Positions 23,325-35,427 of a stretch of 64,000 nucleotides of DNA are shown here, in pieces (the first letter of the stretch is position 1; the number at the start of each line of letters is the position of its first letter). The notes beneath the pieces were generated by a model. The model ran no database searches and was not told where the DNA came from. It worked only from the letters and a program-made list of their open reading frames with translations. The stretch comes from Picochlorum sp. SENEW3 (taxonomy: Eukaryota), in the NCBI GenBank assembly GCA_034226945.1, contig CP120462.1:124001-188000 (forward strand). The letters are read 5' to 3'. A program made the translations under genes and the position numbers.

Positions 23325-23455
23325 GGCGGTTGTTACGACTCAAAATATTGCAACACAGCACAAAATACAATCGTATTACCCATTAAATAATACAACATTT
23401 ACATTTTGAGAGAATATATGAATCGGTTGCAATCTATGGAATGGCATTGGCCAAC

Positions 23456-25762
23456 TCAATCAAGTCGTACTGTTAGAAACCTCAGACTTGCTGCCCTATG
23501 TGGTGTGTCCTCGAAAAGAGCGCAGATCAAGCGTCGCAACTCTTCTCTCGTGAACCCAGCTGCAGCAAGAGTTCCATCTTCCCACCACTGCGCAATCTCT
23601 CTGGATGGAACCTTCATCATATCACATAGCTTGGTGAGCTTGAGCCATTCAGGCACAGCTTCCATGAGTTCCTGTCCCAATGCAGCATGTGAATCCGATG
23701 TCTCCTTTCCTAATCTTCCTATGACAATACAGTCCAAGAGACCGTTGGAATCGCTGGACGGGACGAGATCCTCTAGAATATGTGGGATGTTCTCAGATAG
23801 CTCCTCACTGATGTCATGCAGCTGCAGAATCGAATGCATCACGCTGTTTAGCACGCCAAGCAACAGAATAGAGGATACTCGTATGAATACATGGTTTGGA
23901 ATGTCTTGTTCTGGTAAACTCGCACCGAGACGCTGAAATATATGTCGCAGTCTCTGGACAGACTTTTTCTTTGCAATCATATCCTTCACATCAACATCCT
24001 GACTCCATGTGCATAGATGCATCGTCTCATTGTCTAATTCCGCTTTTTGCGACGCCAACATACATTGAAGAATCGTCTCTCCAAGCTGACGGATGTCCTC
24101 TCCATATTGATGACTGGAATTCCCTTGGCCACCTGACAATTGCCGCGGTCCAGCAAAACTCATCAAACTAAAGCATCTCGAAACATACGTGCAGGACATG
24201 TACCTCAAACATGCTGGATACATAGGCATTGATTGGCCTTGATGCATGTCTAAACCAGCCAAAGCAACAATCAGTGATGAAATATCCCGCAACAGTGTGG
24301 TCATAAAATGGCCATACTGGGCATCAGACAACTCTGCAGTCTGTTCCAATGATTCGAATACAAAATCTATAGATACCTTGTACCCTTCCAACACTGATAA
24401 GGGGGCCTCACAGTGTCCGAGAGGGTATTCTCGCTGCAACTCTCGGAATGCATTTGAATCAATGATGATCTCATCATCATCTACTGCTGGTAGTGACCCA
24501 GTATCAATGGACACAGACACCTGGGTATCTGCATGATGCGATATCAAAGACTCGCCGACCGAAAATCTATGAATACCTTGTTCCTGAAACGGAAGTATTA
24601 ATGCATCCCTGACTTTGGCGAGCACGTGTGCTCTCTTTGTCTTCAAAATCTCCCTGACATATTCCATGGATGCCACAGCTATTGGGCCCTTTGCATTGAC
24701 ATCTATATAGCCCAGCTTTGCTGCTTTCGTCTCCAATTTCTTGGCAAAATTAACCTGTTTCATAAACGACTCGGCAACCTGATCATCCAGTCCATCCCTG
24801 GCCAACAGGTTCATGTACAATTCTGTCAGTCTCCCCCACAGTGTCTTTCCAAGACACGCAATCAGCTCCGAGTCCTCACATAGAATACTCTCGGCGGTAG
24901 ATTTGAGTATCTTGTACAAGATTTTTTCTCGATACCCGATCGGATGTTTGCCTACATCCGAGAACTTGATCATCGCCGGATGGATGGACCCCTGAAAGAG
25001 TTCTTCAGACACAGCATTCATCACCTCATCAACAATACCTACACCCCTACAGCAACTCCACAGCAACCTTAGATATTCTTCGCTTGACAGAGATGAAGTA
25101 TCATTTGATTCCTTCACAACAACTATGGGCAGACACGCCTGGAACCCTATGCAGGAGAGAACCTCCTGCAACAACATACTCTGCAACTGTCCAGACACCA
25201 TCCTCAGCCTCTCCTTCATGTCATCATCCATCTCACCCATATTCTCCATCACATGAAGATGATCAACACACGCCTTCAAGTCCTTCTGTTGCATCGCACG
25301 TTCCATCTCCCCAATACTATGGGAGAAGGCCTGTGACAATGATTCACGATGCAGCTCCTCCAAAGCCCTCATCAACATGCCTCCAACATGCGCGTGATCC
25401 CACGCAATACGACAAAACCCGTATAAATCCGTCTCCTGATTCGAGATGAGCTGATCTGAGAGCATTTTGGACAAGGCTTGGCTACACTCCACGTCCTTCT
25501 CCAAGACAGTTGAACCATACACCACTTCTGCATTCTGAGAGTACGTATGAGCCGAATGGCGCACTAGCCCCTCAATCTTTGCATTTCTTTCTTCACGTAA
25601 ACGCAGTATGGCCTGCTGTATCGACTCAACTGACGCTGTATCCTACAGTTGGGAATTCAAATCACGCAAATAGTATCACAATCGAACCATATACTCTCAA
25701 TTCAGGCATACACGTACATCTATAGTCTCTATAATATTCCTCACGCGCGACTGAGTGTCCAT
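23456..25762 (-). CDS. ZW10: Centromere/kinetochore and NRZ-tethering protein ZW10 homolog (2 exons)
   Basis: Exons 25762-25718 (MDTQSRVRNIIETID) and 25642-23456. C-terminal ILQLHDISEELS...EWLKLTKL...WWEDGTL..AGFTREELRRLICALFEDTPHR matches ZW10. Confidence 0.82.
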
Positions 25763-25894
25763 CTGTGCTTGTTTAAATGTCCTCACATTCACAACCAGCA
25801 AATATGAATTCTTCTTTCCATCTGAGACCCATGATTACATTCCATTGGTATAGATCAATTAAAAATAAATATTTTTAAATAGTTTGCGGACACA

Positions 25895-27352
25895 TCAGGG
25901 GTCCTGGCTCTTGTCTGCTCCAGCTTCTTCTTGCTGTTGTTGGAAGAAGACAAGAGATTCTTGGACAGCAGCATCAATGGCAGCCTGTTCGGCTGCATCC
26001 TCATCTCGATGGGTTTCTTGATCCTGAAGAGATAATTCCAATACACGCTGCAACACGTCTGCATCATCATCACCATCATCATCACCTTTGACAAAGTCTT
26101 GTACTCTGTCTGTGTTGTCAAGTTGTGTTTCATCCACCTGTCTTCCACGAGCAACAAAAGGACTTGAGTCGTGGACGGCACGAGTATCCCATGGAGCATT
26201 CGTCTGATGATGCTGTGGAGATGGTGGTGTCAGTATCTGAGAGGACTGCGAATCAATAGAATTCTTCCTGCTTGTGGTCCTCTCGCTCAACTCTTGCTCA
26301 TCGTCAAGCAGTAATGTACTCAAAAGAAACGTGAGTCCATTTTCATACCAATAGTCTGGTCTTGGGGAATTATGATCTCCCTCAAATGCTACAAAGTTTT
26401 TTGAATCCGCTCCATGGGCCAGGAAGAGTTTCTCACTGTGGTGCAGACCAATAAAGGTATCCTCCTTGCCATGGCCAAAAAGGGTGGGAACAAACGTCTC
26501 TGGCATGACATCACACGGAGATACATCATCTATACTAAACCCAGCTCGTTTTCTGACAGAGCGTCTCATCAATCCCATGGCAACTTTCACTAATGGCTTT
26601 GGTATCGACATGCCATGTTCTTTATTTGACGCAATCTCAAACATCAAATCCACCAGTTTTGAGAATGGGCTATCAGCAACTACTCCAGCGACAGATGGAT
26701 CTCTATGAGAATATAATAGCGCGGTGACGGCACCCATGGACCTTCCCCACAGTCCAATTGTGGATGTACTCCCTTGGTCCCTCAAGTATGATACAGCAAC
26801 CTCCAAATCATCCACCTCGTGGGCTCCGAGGCTCACCCAGGATCCTTCACTCAACCCTGACCCAGAAAAATCTAGAGCAAATACAGTGCATCCGTATGGA
26901 AGCAGAGAGAATACGATTTCTTCGGCATCCCTCCGACTCCCACTGTTTGTATGACAGTAGATGACACACGGCAGCTTGCCATCCTGGGACTCAACCACAC
27001 ACGGCCTATAATGACTACACATGAGCTTTTGAGCCTTCTTATTCCTCTGCACAAATATATGCATACAATGGAAGAAAGATGGTATTGCTGTGTGATGCAA
27101 CCAAACGTACCAACTCCACATCCTCCCTGTAGTATTTTTTCACCTTTACCCTTCTATGTGGCGCGAAAGCAAACGTCGCTCGCATCCCCCCTACCAACTG
27201 ATTATCTGTATACACATCCCTTGGAGGACGGCATATCGCATCGACCAACTGCAGTAAAAATACTCGTTCTGATATCAGTCACTCTGGCAGGTAGAAGGAA
27301 ACCAACTGCTTGTCTCTGGCAACAGCAGACGTACCTGATCCCATAAATCCAT
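25895..27352 (-). CDS. Alpha/beta-hydrolase (YqkD-like serine hydrolase) with two C-terminal UIM-like motifs (3 exons)
   Basis: Spliced start MDLWDQ|LVDAICRPPR. Motifs PCVIYCHTNSGSR, DFSGSGLSEG, nucleophile GRSMG, HGKEDTFI, EGDHNSPR. Confidence 0.88.
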
Positions 27353-27683
27353 CCTAAATGAGCTATTATGAGCACAGAATTCTACACACTGGGCATAGTC
27401 TCGAATAGTTGAACAGAATTGACCTTTTGTGATGAACACCAACTGTATATGAACCACCCCTTCAAACCCCCTGGAGTCGGTTGAAATGGAACATAAAATA
27501 AGAAAATGTATATGGGCCTATCCCAGAGCCTGAACAGATGGCATGAATACCGCCTGGGACAGATCTTCCCCATGTCGACAGTTACATCGTGGTTATTTTT
27601 CAAGATGCCGATGTATCACCTGCATTCCATACTATAAAGTTTTAAATATATCTGATAAGCATTAAGTAGGCATAGATAATACC

Positions 27684-28520
27684 ATGGGTCGGGAATCTGA
27701 TAGAGAAAGAGACGATGACATGCCAGACTTGGACCATGGTGGGGTCTCATACGAGGATGTGGAGGATATTCAGCCTATAGAAGATGAAACTATGACTCAG
27801 AATAAAAGTGAGATTGATGAAAAGGCACAGGGAGGTGAGGAAGAAGACTTGGAAGACATGTTGCTGGAAACCATGTTTGACGATGAACAGGATCAAGATG
27901 GAGAAGAGCAGGGTCAACGGACGGAAGATGATGAACGTAATAAAAAGCAAATTGATGTGCCTGAGGAGGATGAGAGGCCGACAGGTGTCATGGCCGAGAA
28001 GCAGCAGGAAGATGAACCAAGTACTGCACAAAGAAATGTCATGTTTACGTTTGAGTCTTTACCTCGACTGCCTGATGGCAGTATTGATGTAGACGCGTTG
28101 ACAATGGAGGAAAGGAAATTGTATAATGCACAGGTCATGTCGCTGTTGACTGAAAATCAGATGGATAGGTATGAGTGCTTCCGGCGCTCGTCACTGAAGG
28201 AGCCCATGAGAAAGGTACGAATTCGTGTGCGCGTGTGGATGATGATGGGACGATTATCATATGATGGTGTGTTGCTGCAGTTGATTCAGATGATTGTCGG
28301 AGGTGGTAATCCAAAGAGTACAGACAAGATTGTGATTGCAATGGCAGGCGTGACCAAAGTGTATGTTGGGGAGATTATAGAGCATGCTCGGAAGATTGCC
28401 GAGTCAAGGGGAGAGCATGGACCATTGACTCCAGAGATGATCTATGAAGCGTATACGATTGTATCACCAAAGTCTCGGTTGGAGAGTTCCAAGCCAAAGA
28501 CCCGCACCATGCGTCTGTAA
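27684..28520 (+). CDS. TAF11: TFIID subunit TAF11 (histone fold), acidic N-terminus (2 exons)
   Basis: Intron 28215-28280. QMDRYECFRRSSL...IVIAMAGVTKVYVGEIIEHAR...GPLTPEMIYEAY. Confidence 0.88.
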   Translation: MGRESDRERDDDMPDLDHGGVSYEDVEDIQPIEDETMTQNKSEIDEKAQGGEEEDLEDMLLETMFDDEQDQDGEEQGQRTEDDERNKKQIDVPEEDERPTGVMAEKQQEDEPSTAQRNVMFTFESLPRLPDGSIDVDALTMEERKLYNAQVMSLLTENQMDRYECFRRSSLKEPMRKVRIRVRVWMMMGRLSYDGVLLQLIQMIVGGGNPKSTDKIVIAMAGVTKVYVGEIIEHARKIAESRGEHGPLTPEMIYEAYTIVSPKSRLESSKPKTRTMRL

Positions 28521-28906
28521 ATAAAACATTACATACATACATAGTTGTTTGGGACACATCTTTCATTCCAAGTCTCCAGCCCCTGCTCATATATAAATTA
28601 TATAAAATTACTACGTGTATGCGTCTCTGCTCTTGTGGCGGTTCCCTGCGTTCAACACCTCGTGGTTTCGTCGTTCGAGTTTTAAATCCAAACGACCTCG
28701 AGTAGCATATTTGCAGTCTATTAGCGAATCCTTGGCTCTTTATATTCAGATATTTGTACTTGGTACCCACAAGGCAGCTATAAACAAGCAACAGCAAGGT
28801 ACCCGGTCGTGTCTCCGTGAGTAACAACAGCAACGACCTACGACGAGCGTGGTGCATCGTCAGTCTATCAGGCTTCATATAGTTTTCAGAGTAGAAGATA
28901 TTGATT

Positions 28907-29525
28907 ATGACGGCGATAAACGTGACGAGTGTCAACGTGCTGGACAATCCCAGCAAGGTGACGAATCCCCTCCAGTTTGAAATTCAATATGACTGTTTAT
29001 ACGATTTGGCGGACGGTGCGTGTGGGATCTCATGGTGATGTTAAGTAATCTATATGTATATATAATAATAACGAGGATGACGATGGTGGTGCAGATTTGG
29101 AATGGAAGCTGACGTATGTAGGCTCAGCAGAGAGTGAAAAGTATGATCAAGTGTTAGACTCTGTGTTTGTGGGGCCTGTGGCTCCAGGACAGTACAGATT
29201 TGTATTCCAAGCGGACCCTCCTAATTTTTCAATGCTTCCGTCTCAAGATATTGTCGGCGTGACGATTATACTGCTGACATGCTCGTATAGAAACCAAGAA
29301 TTTCTGAGGGTGGGATATTATGTCAATAATGAATACGAGGAGGAAGCATTGCGAGAAGAACCGCCATCAACTCCCATTATCGATAAATTAATGAGAAATA
29401 TTCTCGCTGACAAGCCTCGTGTGACCAAGTTTCCAATAGACTGGGAAGGACAGGGGAGCGGTGGACAGGAGCCGCAACAGCAGCAGCAAGAGGCACCGAA
29501 TGATGTTGCCGCCATGGAGCAATAG
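28907..29525 (+). CDS. ASF1: Histone H3-H4 chaperone ASF1 (2 exons)
   Basis: Exons 28907-29015 (MTAINVTSVNVLDNP...) and 29095-29525 (DLEWKLTYVGSAESEKYDQVLDSV...EFLRVGYYVNNEY...KPRVTKFPIDW). Confidence 0.96.
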
Positions 29526-29538
29526 AGGTATATATATG

Positions 29539-29548
29539 TTACATGTAA
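29539..29548. terminator. Palindromic bidirectional poly(A) signal TTACATGTAA shared by ASF1 and the FHA gene
   Basis: TGTAA, the chlorophyte poly(A) signal, occurs on both strands. The minus-strand copy includes the FHA stop codon. Confidence 0.6.
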
Positions 29549-30051
29549 GTATTATTTGTTGCGTTTCCTGCTATCCCGTCTAAAAATGCGTTTAAAAATG
29601 ATGATGGGGGTGGTCCTGGTGGAGGAGGAGCAGCATCCTGGAGCTGTGCATCATCTGCTTTCCTCTTCCTCTTGCAGTTGAACACCCGCGAGAGCTTCTT
29701 TGGCAGCAGAAAATGCAGAGATACGTCATTACCTATTTGAATACGACTCTGTGATCGCAGTCGGATGGGCTCTGACTGAGGACCATAGGGTATACTGTCT
29801 ACCAACACGCCATTCTTGCCCAGCACCAAGAGGAAAAAGCCCTTCTTCTCAAAATCATAGAATATCCTGGCATGCTGTCTGGATACACTCTTCACGTCCC
29901 CTAAAGAAACATCAACACTTCTATTTTTGTTCTGTCGACCCAGAACAATGTCATATTTGTTCACCACGTAGTCAATGTCCTTTCCAATAATCTTGGCAAA
30001 GCCAACTTTGCTCACTCTCGCATCCTCTTCCAGGGGAGTAGACTCGTTCAT
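29539..30051 (-). CDS. Small FHA-domain protein (plant FHA2/forkhead-type FHA)
   Basis: GFAKIIG..IVLGR...SVSRQHARIFYDF...GKNGVLVD, followed by a basic NLS (KRKRK). Confidence 0.85.
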   Translation of the reverse strand: MNESTPLEEDARVSKVGFAKIIGKDIDYVVNKYDIVLGRQNKNRSVDVSLGDVKSVSRQHARIFYDFEKKGFFLLVLGKNGVLVDSIPYGPQSEPIRLRSQSRIQIGNDVSLHFLLPKKLSRVFNCKRKRKADDAQLQDAAPPPPGPPPSSFLNAFLDGIAGNATNNTYM

Positions 30052-30303
30052 GGATTATTTAACTCTTTTTATATAAATAATGGTATTATTATTGCATTCT
30101 GTTTCTGTCCAGCACAATAGTTTTCTGAACTGAAACGAAGTTGTCTTAAATCGATCTTTTCAGGATTTGAACCAATCACTGCAGTGATTGTCTAAAGACA
30201 CCAGCATGTCGCTCCAATGGTATAGACACTGAGTGCAATCGAACAAGACGCAAGAAATCACAAGATGGGAAACACATGTTACATCAAGACGGACAAACAA
30301 TGA

Positions 30304-31608
30304 TTACTTCCACAATTTCTTCAAACTCATATTCTTGTCACTGTCCTTCTTCATGACCTTGGTCACGGCCATTTCAAAATCTTCCTGGGTGACATGAATT
30401 CGCCGCTCTCGCAGGGCAAACATACCAGCTTCTGTACAGCAGGCCTTGAGCTCTGCGCCACTGGCGCCATTCATCTGATCAGCAATCTTCTTCAGATCAA
30501 TACCTCTCATCAGATTCATCTTCCTAGAATGAATTTTCAAAATTTCTAATCGAGACTCTTCATTCGGATTTGGAAACTCAATCTTTCTATCAATACGTCC
30601 TGGACGCAGCAACGCAGCATCCAGGATATCAATACGATTGGTTGCCATGAGCACCTTGATCTTATTCGTGGCTTCAAAACCATCCAACTGATTCAAAAGC
30701 TCAAGCATTGTACGCTGTACCTCGGAATCACCTCCGGAAGATCCCCCCTCTGACCTGGCAGATCCAATAGAATCCACTTCATCCATGAAAATAATGGAAG
30801 GGGCATGCTCACGAGCCATCACAAACAGTTCACGAACCATCCTTGATCCCTCACCGATATACTTCTGAACAAGCTCACCTCCTGATACTCGGATAAAAGT
30901 ACATTCCGTATGATGCGCCACCGCCCTCGCCAACAGCGTCTTTCCAGTACCAGGTGGACCATACAAGAGGACTCCCTTGGGCTGCGCAATACCCAGCGAA
31001 TCAAACAACTCTGGATGCTTCAATGGAAGCTCTATAACCTCTTTAATCTCCTTAATCTGCTGATCCAATCCTCCAACCAAATCATACGTCGAATCGGGTA
31101 CCTTTTCCACCTTCATCAGACTCACCAAAGGATCCACCTTGGTCGGCAGCACAAAGTGCAACGCATACGAATCATTCCTCAGCGCCACTCTCGCCCCCGG
31201 TTTAAGAGACCCCACGTCAATACTTTCTTCAATATCTACTACATACTTCCCCTCTGGATTCACCTTGACGAGAGCCTTGCGTTTTCCCATGAGCTTGATC
31301 ACCTCTCCAACGTAGGACCCTGGCTCTTGCAACAGCTGCAATTCCTCTCTCAATAATCTCACTGCATTATGTGAATGACATGTATCACATCTCTTGTGAG
31401 AAAACACGCACACAAAAGACAAATACCTACCTTTCGAATTGAGGTCATTTCGTTGGGCTTCCATCCGACGAAGATCCGACTGTTTCTCACGTATTTGCAT
31501 CTCCAATCCCTCTATTTTACCTTTGTAATAAGTACGAAGACCCTGACCTACAGAAGGCTCGCCATGCTTGGAACCTTGCTGTTCCAACGCCATTGCCGTG
31601 GCACCCAT
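30304..31608 (-). CDS. RPT6: 26S proteasome AAA-ATPase subunit RPT6 (PSMC5; 2 exons)
   Basis: Intron 31362-31430. [18 protein letters not shown], Walker A GPPGTGKT, Walker [10 protein letters not shown]-terminal MSLKKLWK. Confidence 0.97.
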   Translation of the reverse strand: MGATAMALEQQGSKHGEPSVGQGLRTYYKGKIEGLEMQIREKQSDLRRMEAQRNDLNSKGRYLSFVCVFSHKRCDTCHSHNAVRLLREELQLLQEPGSYVGEVIKLMGKRKALVKVNPEGKYVVDIEESIDVGSLKPGARVALRNDSYALHFVLPTKVDPLVSLMKVEKVPDSTYDLVGGLDQQIKEIKEVIELPLKHPELFDSLGIAQPKGVLLYGPPGTGKTLLARAVAHHTECTFIRVSGGELVQKYIGEGSRMVRELFVMAREHAPSIIFMDEVDSIGSARSEGGSSGGDSEVQRTMLELLNQLDGFEATNKIKVLMATNRIDILDAALLRPGRIDRKIEFPNPNEESRLEILKIHSRKMNLMRGIDLKKIADQMNGASGAELKACCTEAGMFALRERRIHVTQEDFEMAVTKVMKKDSDKNMSLKKLWK

Positions 31609-31801
31609 GATGTCCCTTGTTTTTGTTCTTCTTTCTATTCGACTCTCTATAGTATACACGGATATTATTATTACTCTTTATAATTATTAATTGCTATTAA
31701 TCATAGGAGTACGAGCAAATCAGTAATATGGGGTGGGATGGATGTTTCATTTCACTCATGAAGGATCATTCATTCTTCATTCTTCGACGTCAACATAAAG
31801 A

Positions 31802-32857
31802 TTACTGCTCTTGTTCCTGCTGCTCACGGACGGAGAATACAATCTTTCCTTTGGAATTCAGCCCACGATCCATTTCATCATGCGCGTCCATGACACCAGA
31901 CAGTGGCACTACTTTGGAGGTGACTGGCCTGACTTTCTTGTCTTCCAACAGCAATGCCACCTCTTGAAGGATTCCCTGGTTTGGACTCACCATAATGACA
32001 TGATAAGCTGGGCCAAATCCCAAGGCATGCTGTAGTTTGTGCAGAAATAGCCTGGCAAATGTCCCCAGCGGGTGGCCATGCATGATGCAGACATAGACAC
32101 CATGCCTATCAAGCATTTGCAGGCTATGTGTTTCCACCTCCCCTCCAATCGGATCGATAATGGCGTCAAATTCCCCCTTCCCATACATCTCCCAGAATTT
32201 ACTTGTTTTATAGTTGATGACGTGATCAGCGCCGAGGTCGGCGCAGAATTCTTCGTGACTCGAGGTGGTGTACACCTCATATCCTCTCTGCTTTGCCAAC
32301 TGGATACACATGGATCCCACGCCACCAGCACCAGCATGAATCAAAATCTTCTTCTTCTTCTTCTTGTGTTGATCTAATGATGTATTATTATCATCGTGCT
32401 GAGCATCACTCGACTCAGAAGGACAAATGGCATTCAAGGCCATGGATGCTGTGACAGACACCAATGGCACACCTGCTGCCTCCACCAGGTCCACATCGGA
32501 GGGCACCATCACCAGATGGCCCTCGGGCACAGAGACATATTCACAATAACATCCCCATGGCACCCACATCTGAAATCCCTCCGTCAGAGCCATCACTCGA
32601 GCACCCACAGGGAATGCATCACTGTCACTCTCAACAACAATGCCAGACACATCTCCACCCAACACTTTGGGCAGCGAGACCAGGAATTTGGGCATCTCAC
32701 CCCGCCTTGTTTTACAGTCTATAGGATTAAGTGACGTTCCATGCACCTGTATGAGCACCTCACCTTTGCCTCGTTTGGGTTTAGGGTGGTCCGTGACGAG
32801 TTCCAATGCCTCCTGGGCAGACGACCCAAACCGTCGCATAACCACAGCCCTCTGCAT
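31802..32857 (-). CDS. Medium-chain dehydrogenase/reductase (NADPH:quinone oxidoreductase, RTN4IP1-like)
   Basis: SLNPIDCK, VLGGDVSGIV, Rossmann ILIHAGAGGVG, LGADHVINY, KGKIVF. Confidence 0.9.
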   Translation of the reverse strand: MQRAVVMRRFGSSAQEALELVTDHPKPKRGKGEVLIQVHGTSLNPIDCKTRRGEMPKFLVSLPKVLGGDVSGIVVESDSDAFPVGARVMALTEGFQMWVPWGCYCEYVSVPEGHLVMVPSDVDLVEAAGVPLVSVTASMALNAICPSESSDAQHDDNNTSLDQHKKKKKKILIHAGAGGVGSMCIQLAKQRGYEVYTTSSHEEFCADLGADHVINYKTSKFWEMYGKGEFDAIIDPIGGEVETHSLQMLDRHGVYVCIMHGHPLGTFARLFLHKLQHALGFGPAYHVIMVSPNQGILQEVALLLEDKKVRPVTSKVVPLSGVMDAHDEMDRGLNSKGKIVFSVREQQEQEQ

Positions 32858-33150
32858 CGTGTCCTTGAAATTTCTTCCCCTGAACTGCTCTATATACGTA
32901 TATAGATGAGAAGCCGTATACAGCTGAACAGATCCCTGGGATCTGCCCTTGAGAAATGGCGAGCGTGCCCTCCTGTATTTAATTAGTGTGGGTTGCAGTT
33001 ACATGTGATATGTATGGTCAACCTTTGAACGCTGTGGTTTGATGGGGAGAGGGAGACAAATGGGCTGGAATGGAAGGATGGGGTCAGATGCATCCGTATT
33101 TTGGATGATACGACCATGGAATCGCTTCTAATAAATTCTTTCAATAAAGT

Positions 33151-35172
33151 ATGTCTTTGACACGCCGTGAAAGTTCCGATGGTGTCAAAAATGATGTGAG
33201 CGATGGCGTTGTGCTCTCCCACGAGAGTCCTGCTGCTGCCGTCTCGCAAGGGCAGCACGACGCCGAGCCCATCAAATATCATCATGATGATGATGATGAA
33301 ACGAATAAAATCTTTGTGGCTCGGAACGGTTCCATTGGTGTACCCAATGGGAAAAAAGGTGCGCTATCTGCCAAGGAAAACACACAGCCCTCTTTTTGTG
33401 ACCATCATCATCATGCTCATGCAGGCACGGTCTTGTCTACATCGCTGCATGTGTATACTGCCATCGTCGGAGCATCGATTCTTGCGTTACCAGCGACATT
33501 TGCGTGGCTGGGTTGGGTAGCAGGGCCCATTCTGATGTGGGTGTTTTTTGGTATCTCCATGTTGGCGTCTCGAATGCTTGCGTGCTGTTATGAAGCAAAT
33601 GGCATCGAGCATGCAAGGTATCATCACGCAGTGAGGCATTTAATGGGACGAAATAGTGCTATTGTTGTGTCAGTATTTCAGATTGTGAATTTGTGCTTCT
33701 TTTCGTTGATTTACACAATCACAGCGAGCAATGCCATGGTGCAGATTGCAAACTTGGCATGCTCCTATCAGGGGAAGACACAGGAGGAGATTGCGGTGAC
33801 TCCTTCGTGTTTGAGTCCAGAGACTGGAGGTGATTGGAAAATGTCGCTGGCGTTTGGAGGGTTTGAAATGGTGTTCTCTCAGATTAAAAACCTGGAAGAT
33901 GCATGGTGGTCATCGCTGCTCGGAGCAATATCTGGCGTGATATACGTGCTCATCATCGTCATCATCAGCTTTGCTAATATCAGTAATGGGTATGGTACCG
34001 TGGCTGGTGTGACAACTGCGACTGTGTGTCCAAGCGGACAAGTCATCTCTGCGGCTGACAAAGTGTTTGGTGTTCTGAACGGCTTGGGGACCATTGCATT
34101 CTGTTTCAACTTTAGTCTCATATTGTTTGAGGTTCAAGATACATTGAAACAGCCACCGAGCGCCGTGAAACAGATGAAAAGAACATGTATATGGTCTATC
34201 GGATCCGCTTTTCTGTGCTATTTCATGGTTGCAGTGACAGGGTATGCTGCAGAGGGTGACTGTGTGGATTCTGTTGTGATCAATTCATTCATCACGTCCA
34301 ATGCTGGTCCAAAATGGGCTCTTATAATTTGTTATGCGACTGTGTTGATCAATATGATAACGTCGTATCAAGTATTTGGCCAAGCCATGTTCGATACGCT
34401 TGAATCTCAGGCAAAATGGTATTTGATAAAGAGAAAGATGATGAAGAATAAGAGTTTGCCGCCGGTGAGGGAAGAGGATGAAGGCGAGGATGCATACACA
34501 AGTATTCCTCGGGTCTCCAAAGGTAGAAATAAGTCGGGTTCTCGAGGTGGATCCCTTAAAAATACACCATTTGATCGAAGAACGACAGACCCAGAGGTGG
34601 CCACTATCCCTTCACATGGTGATATTGAACCCCTAGAGCTCCATGGCTCTTGTGGCTTTGATCACACGTGTCTAAATCCTGTCTCCGACAGATTAGCAGC
34701 CGTGTGTTCTGCTCAGATTGATGATCCATACCTCTCTGCAGCTATCAGTGGTATTATCTCCGAGCCTGAAGTAGCATCACCCCAGGACTCTGGATTGCAT
34801 GCCATGTTCACTCATGCCACTGGGTTTGCGAACGAAGAGGTACCCTTAAACCACGAAGGGTACCTCCTTCCATTCAAGTATAGAGCAGTTATCCGCGTCA
34901 CATATGTCGCCATTATGACAATCTTGGCATGCGTCCTTCCATTCTTTGAGAGTGTTGTTGGAATATCAGGGGCAATCAGCTTCTTCCCCATCTCCATCTA
35001 CTATCCATTCGCCATGTACAGAAAGATGTACGGCCACACAATAAGCAAAAAATTCAATCTCTTACTGAACATGATATCTGTATTCACGCTGAGTGTCGGG
35101 GCGGCAGCCACAGTAGGAGCTTTTCGAAACATGATTACTGGATGGACAGACTTTCAAATTTTCAATACATAA
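33151..35172 (+). CDS. Amino-acid transporter (AAAP/Aa_trans family)
   Basis: LHVYTAIVGASILALP..FAWLGWVAGP, LGTIAFCF...EVQDTLKQPP, SYQVFGQ, LPFFESVVGISGAISFFPISIYYP. Multiple TM segments. Confidence 0.92.
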   Translation: MSLTRRESSDGVKNDVSDGVVLSHESPAAAVSQGQHDAEPIKYHHDDDDETNKIFVARNGSIGVPNGKKGALSAKENTQPSFCDHHHHAHAGTVLSTSLHVYTAIVGASILALPATFAWLGWVAGPILMWVFFGISMLASRMLACCYEANGIEHARYHHAVRHLMGRNSAIVVSVFQIVNLCFFSLIYTITASNAMVQIANLACSYQGKTQEEIAVTPSCLSPETGGDWKMSLAFGGFEMVFSQIKNLEDAWWSSLLGAISGVIYVLIIVIISFANISNGYGTVAGVTTATVCPSGQVISAADKVFGVLNGLGTIAFCFNFSLILFEVQDTLKQPPSAVKQMKRTCIWSIGSAFLCYFMVAVTGYAAEGDCVDSVVINSFITSNAGPKWALIICYATVLINMITSYQVFGQAMFDTLESQAKWYLIKRKMMKNKSLPPVREEDEGEDAYTSIPRVSKGRNKSGSRGGSLKNTPFDRRTTDPEVATIPSHGDIEPLELHGSCGFDHTCLNPVSDRLAAVCSAQIDDPYLSAAISGIISEPEVASPQDSGLHAMFTHATGFANEEVPLNHEGYLLPFKYRAVIRVTYVAIMTILACVLPFFESVVGISGAISFFPISIYYPFAMYRKMYGHTISKKFNLLLNMISVFTLSVGAAATVGAFRNMITGWTDFQIFNT

Positions 35173-35427
35173 TTGTTTGATAGCGTTTCTTGAGACTTTT
35201 CCTTGTAGACAACGCCTGAAGGAGAACCATCATATTCCATACATGCCTGAGTATCAAACCATCATTGAGTAATAATTAATCGTCACCATATATATGGTGC
35301 TTGTCTGTGCATGGGACCTCTTCCCCACTGCTGCAGCTGTGTCGGATCATCATGTCCCCAATATCTTTCACGAATCCCTTGGGTGAATGTCCTAATGCAA
35401 TATACTAGTATTATTTAATTGTGATAG

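Noticed and set aside
27684..31608. Apparent functional cluster of nuclear genes (TAF11, ASF1, FHA, RPT6; also SPT6-MED21)
   Set aside because: Housekeeping nuclear genes are common in a compact genome. Orientations are mixed and I see no shared motif, so co-regulation cannot be supported without synteny or expression data.
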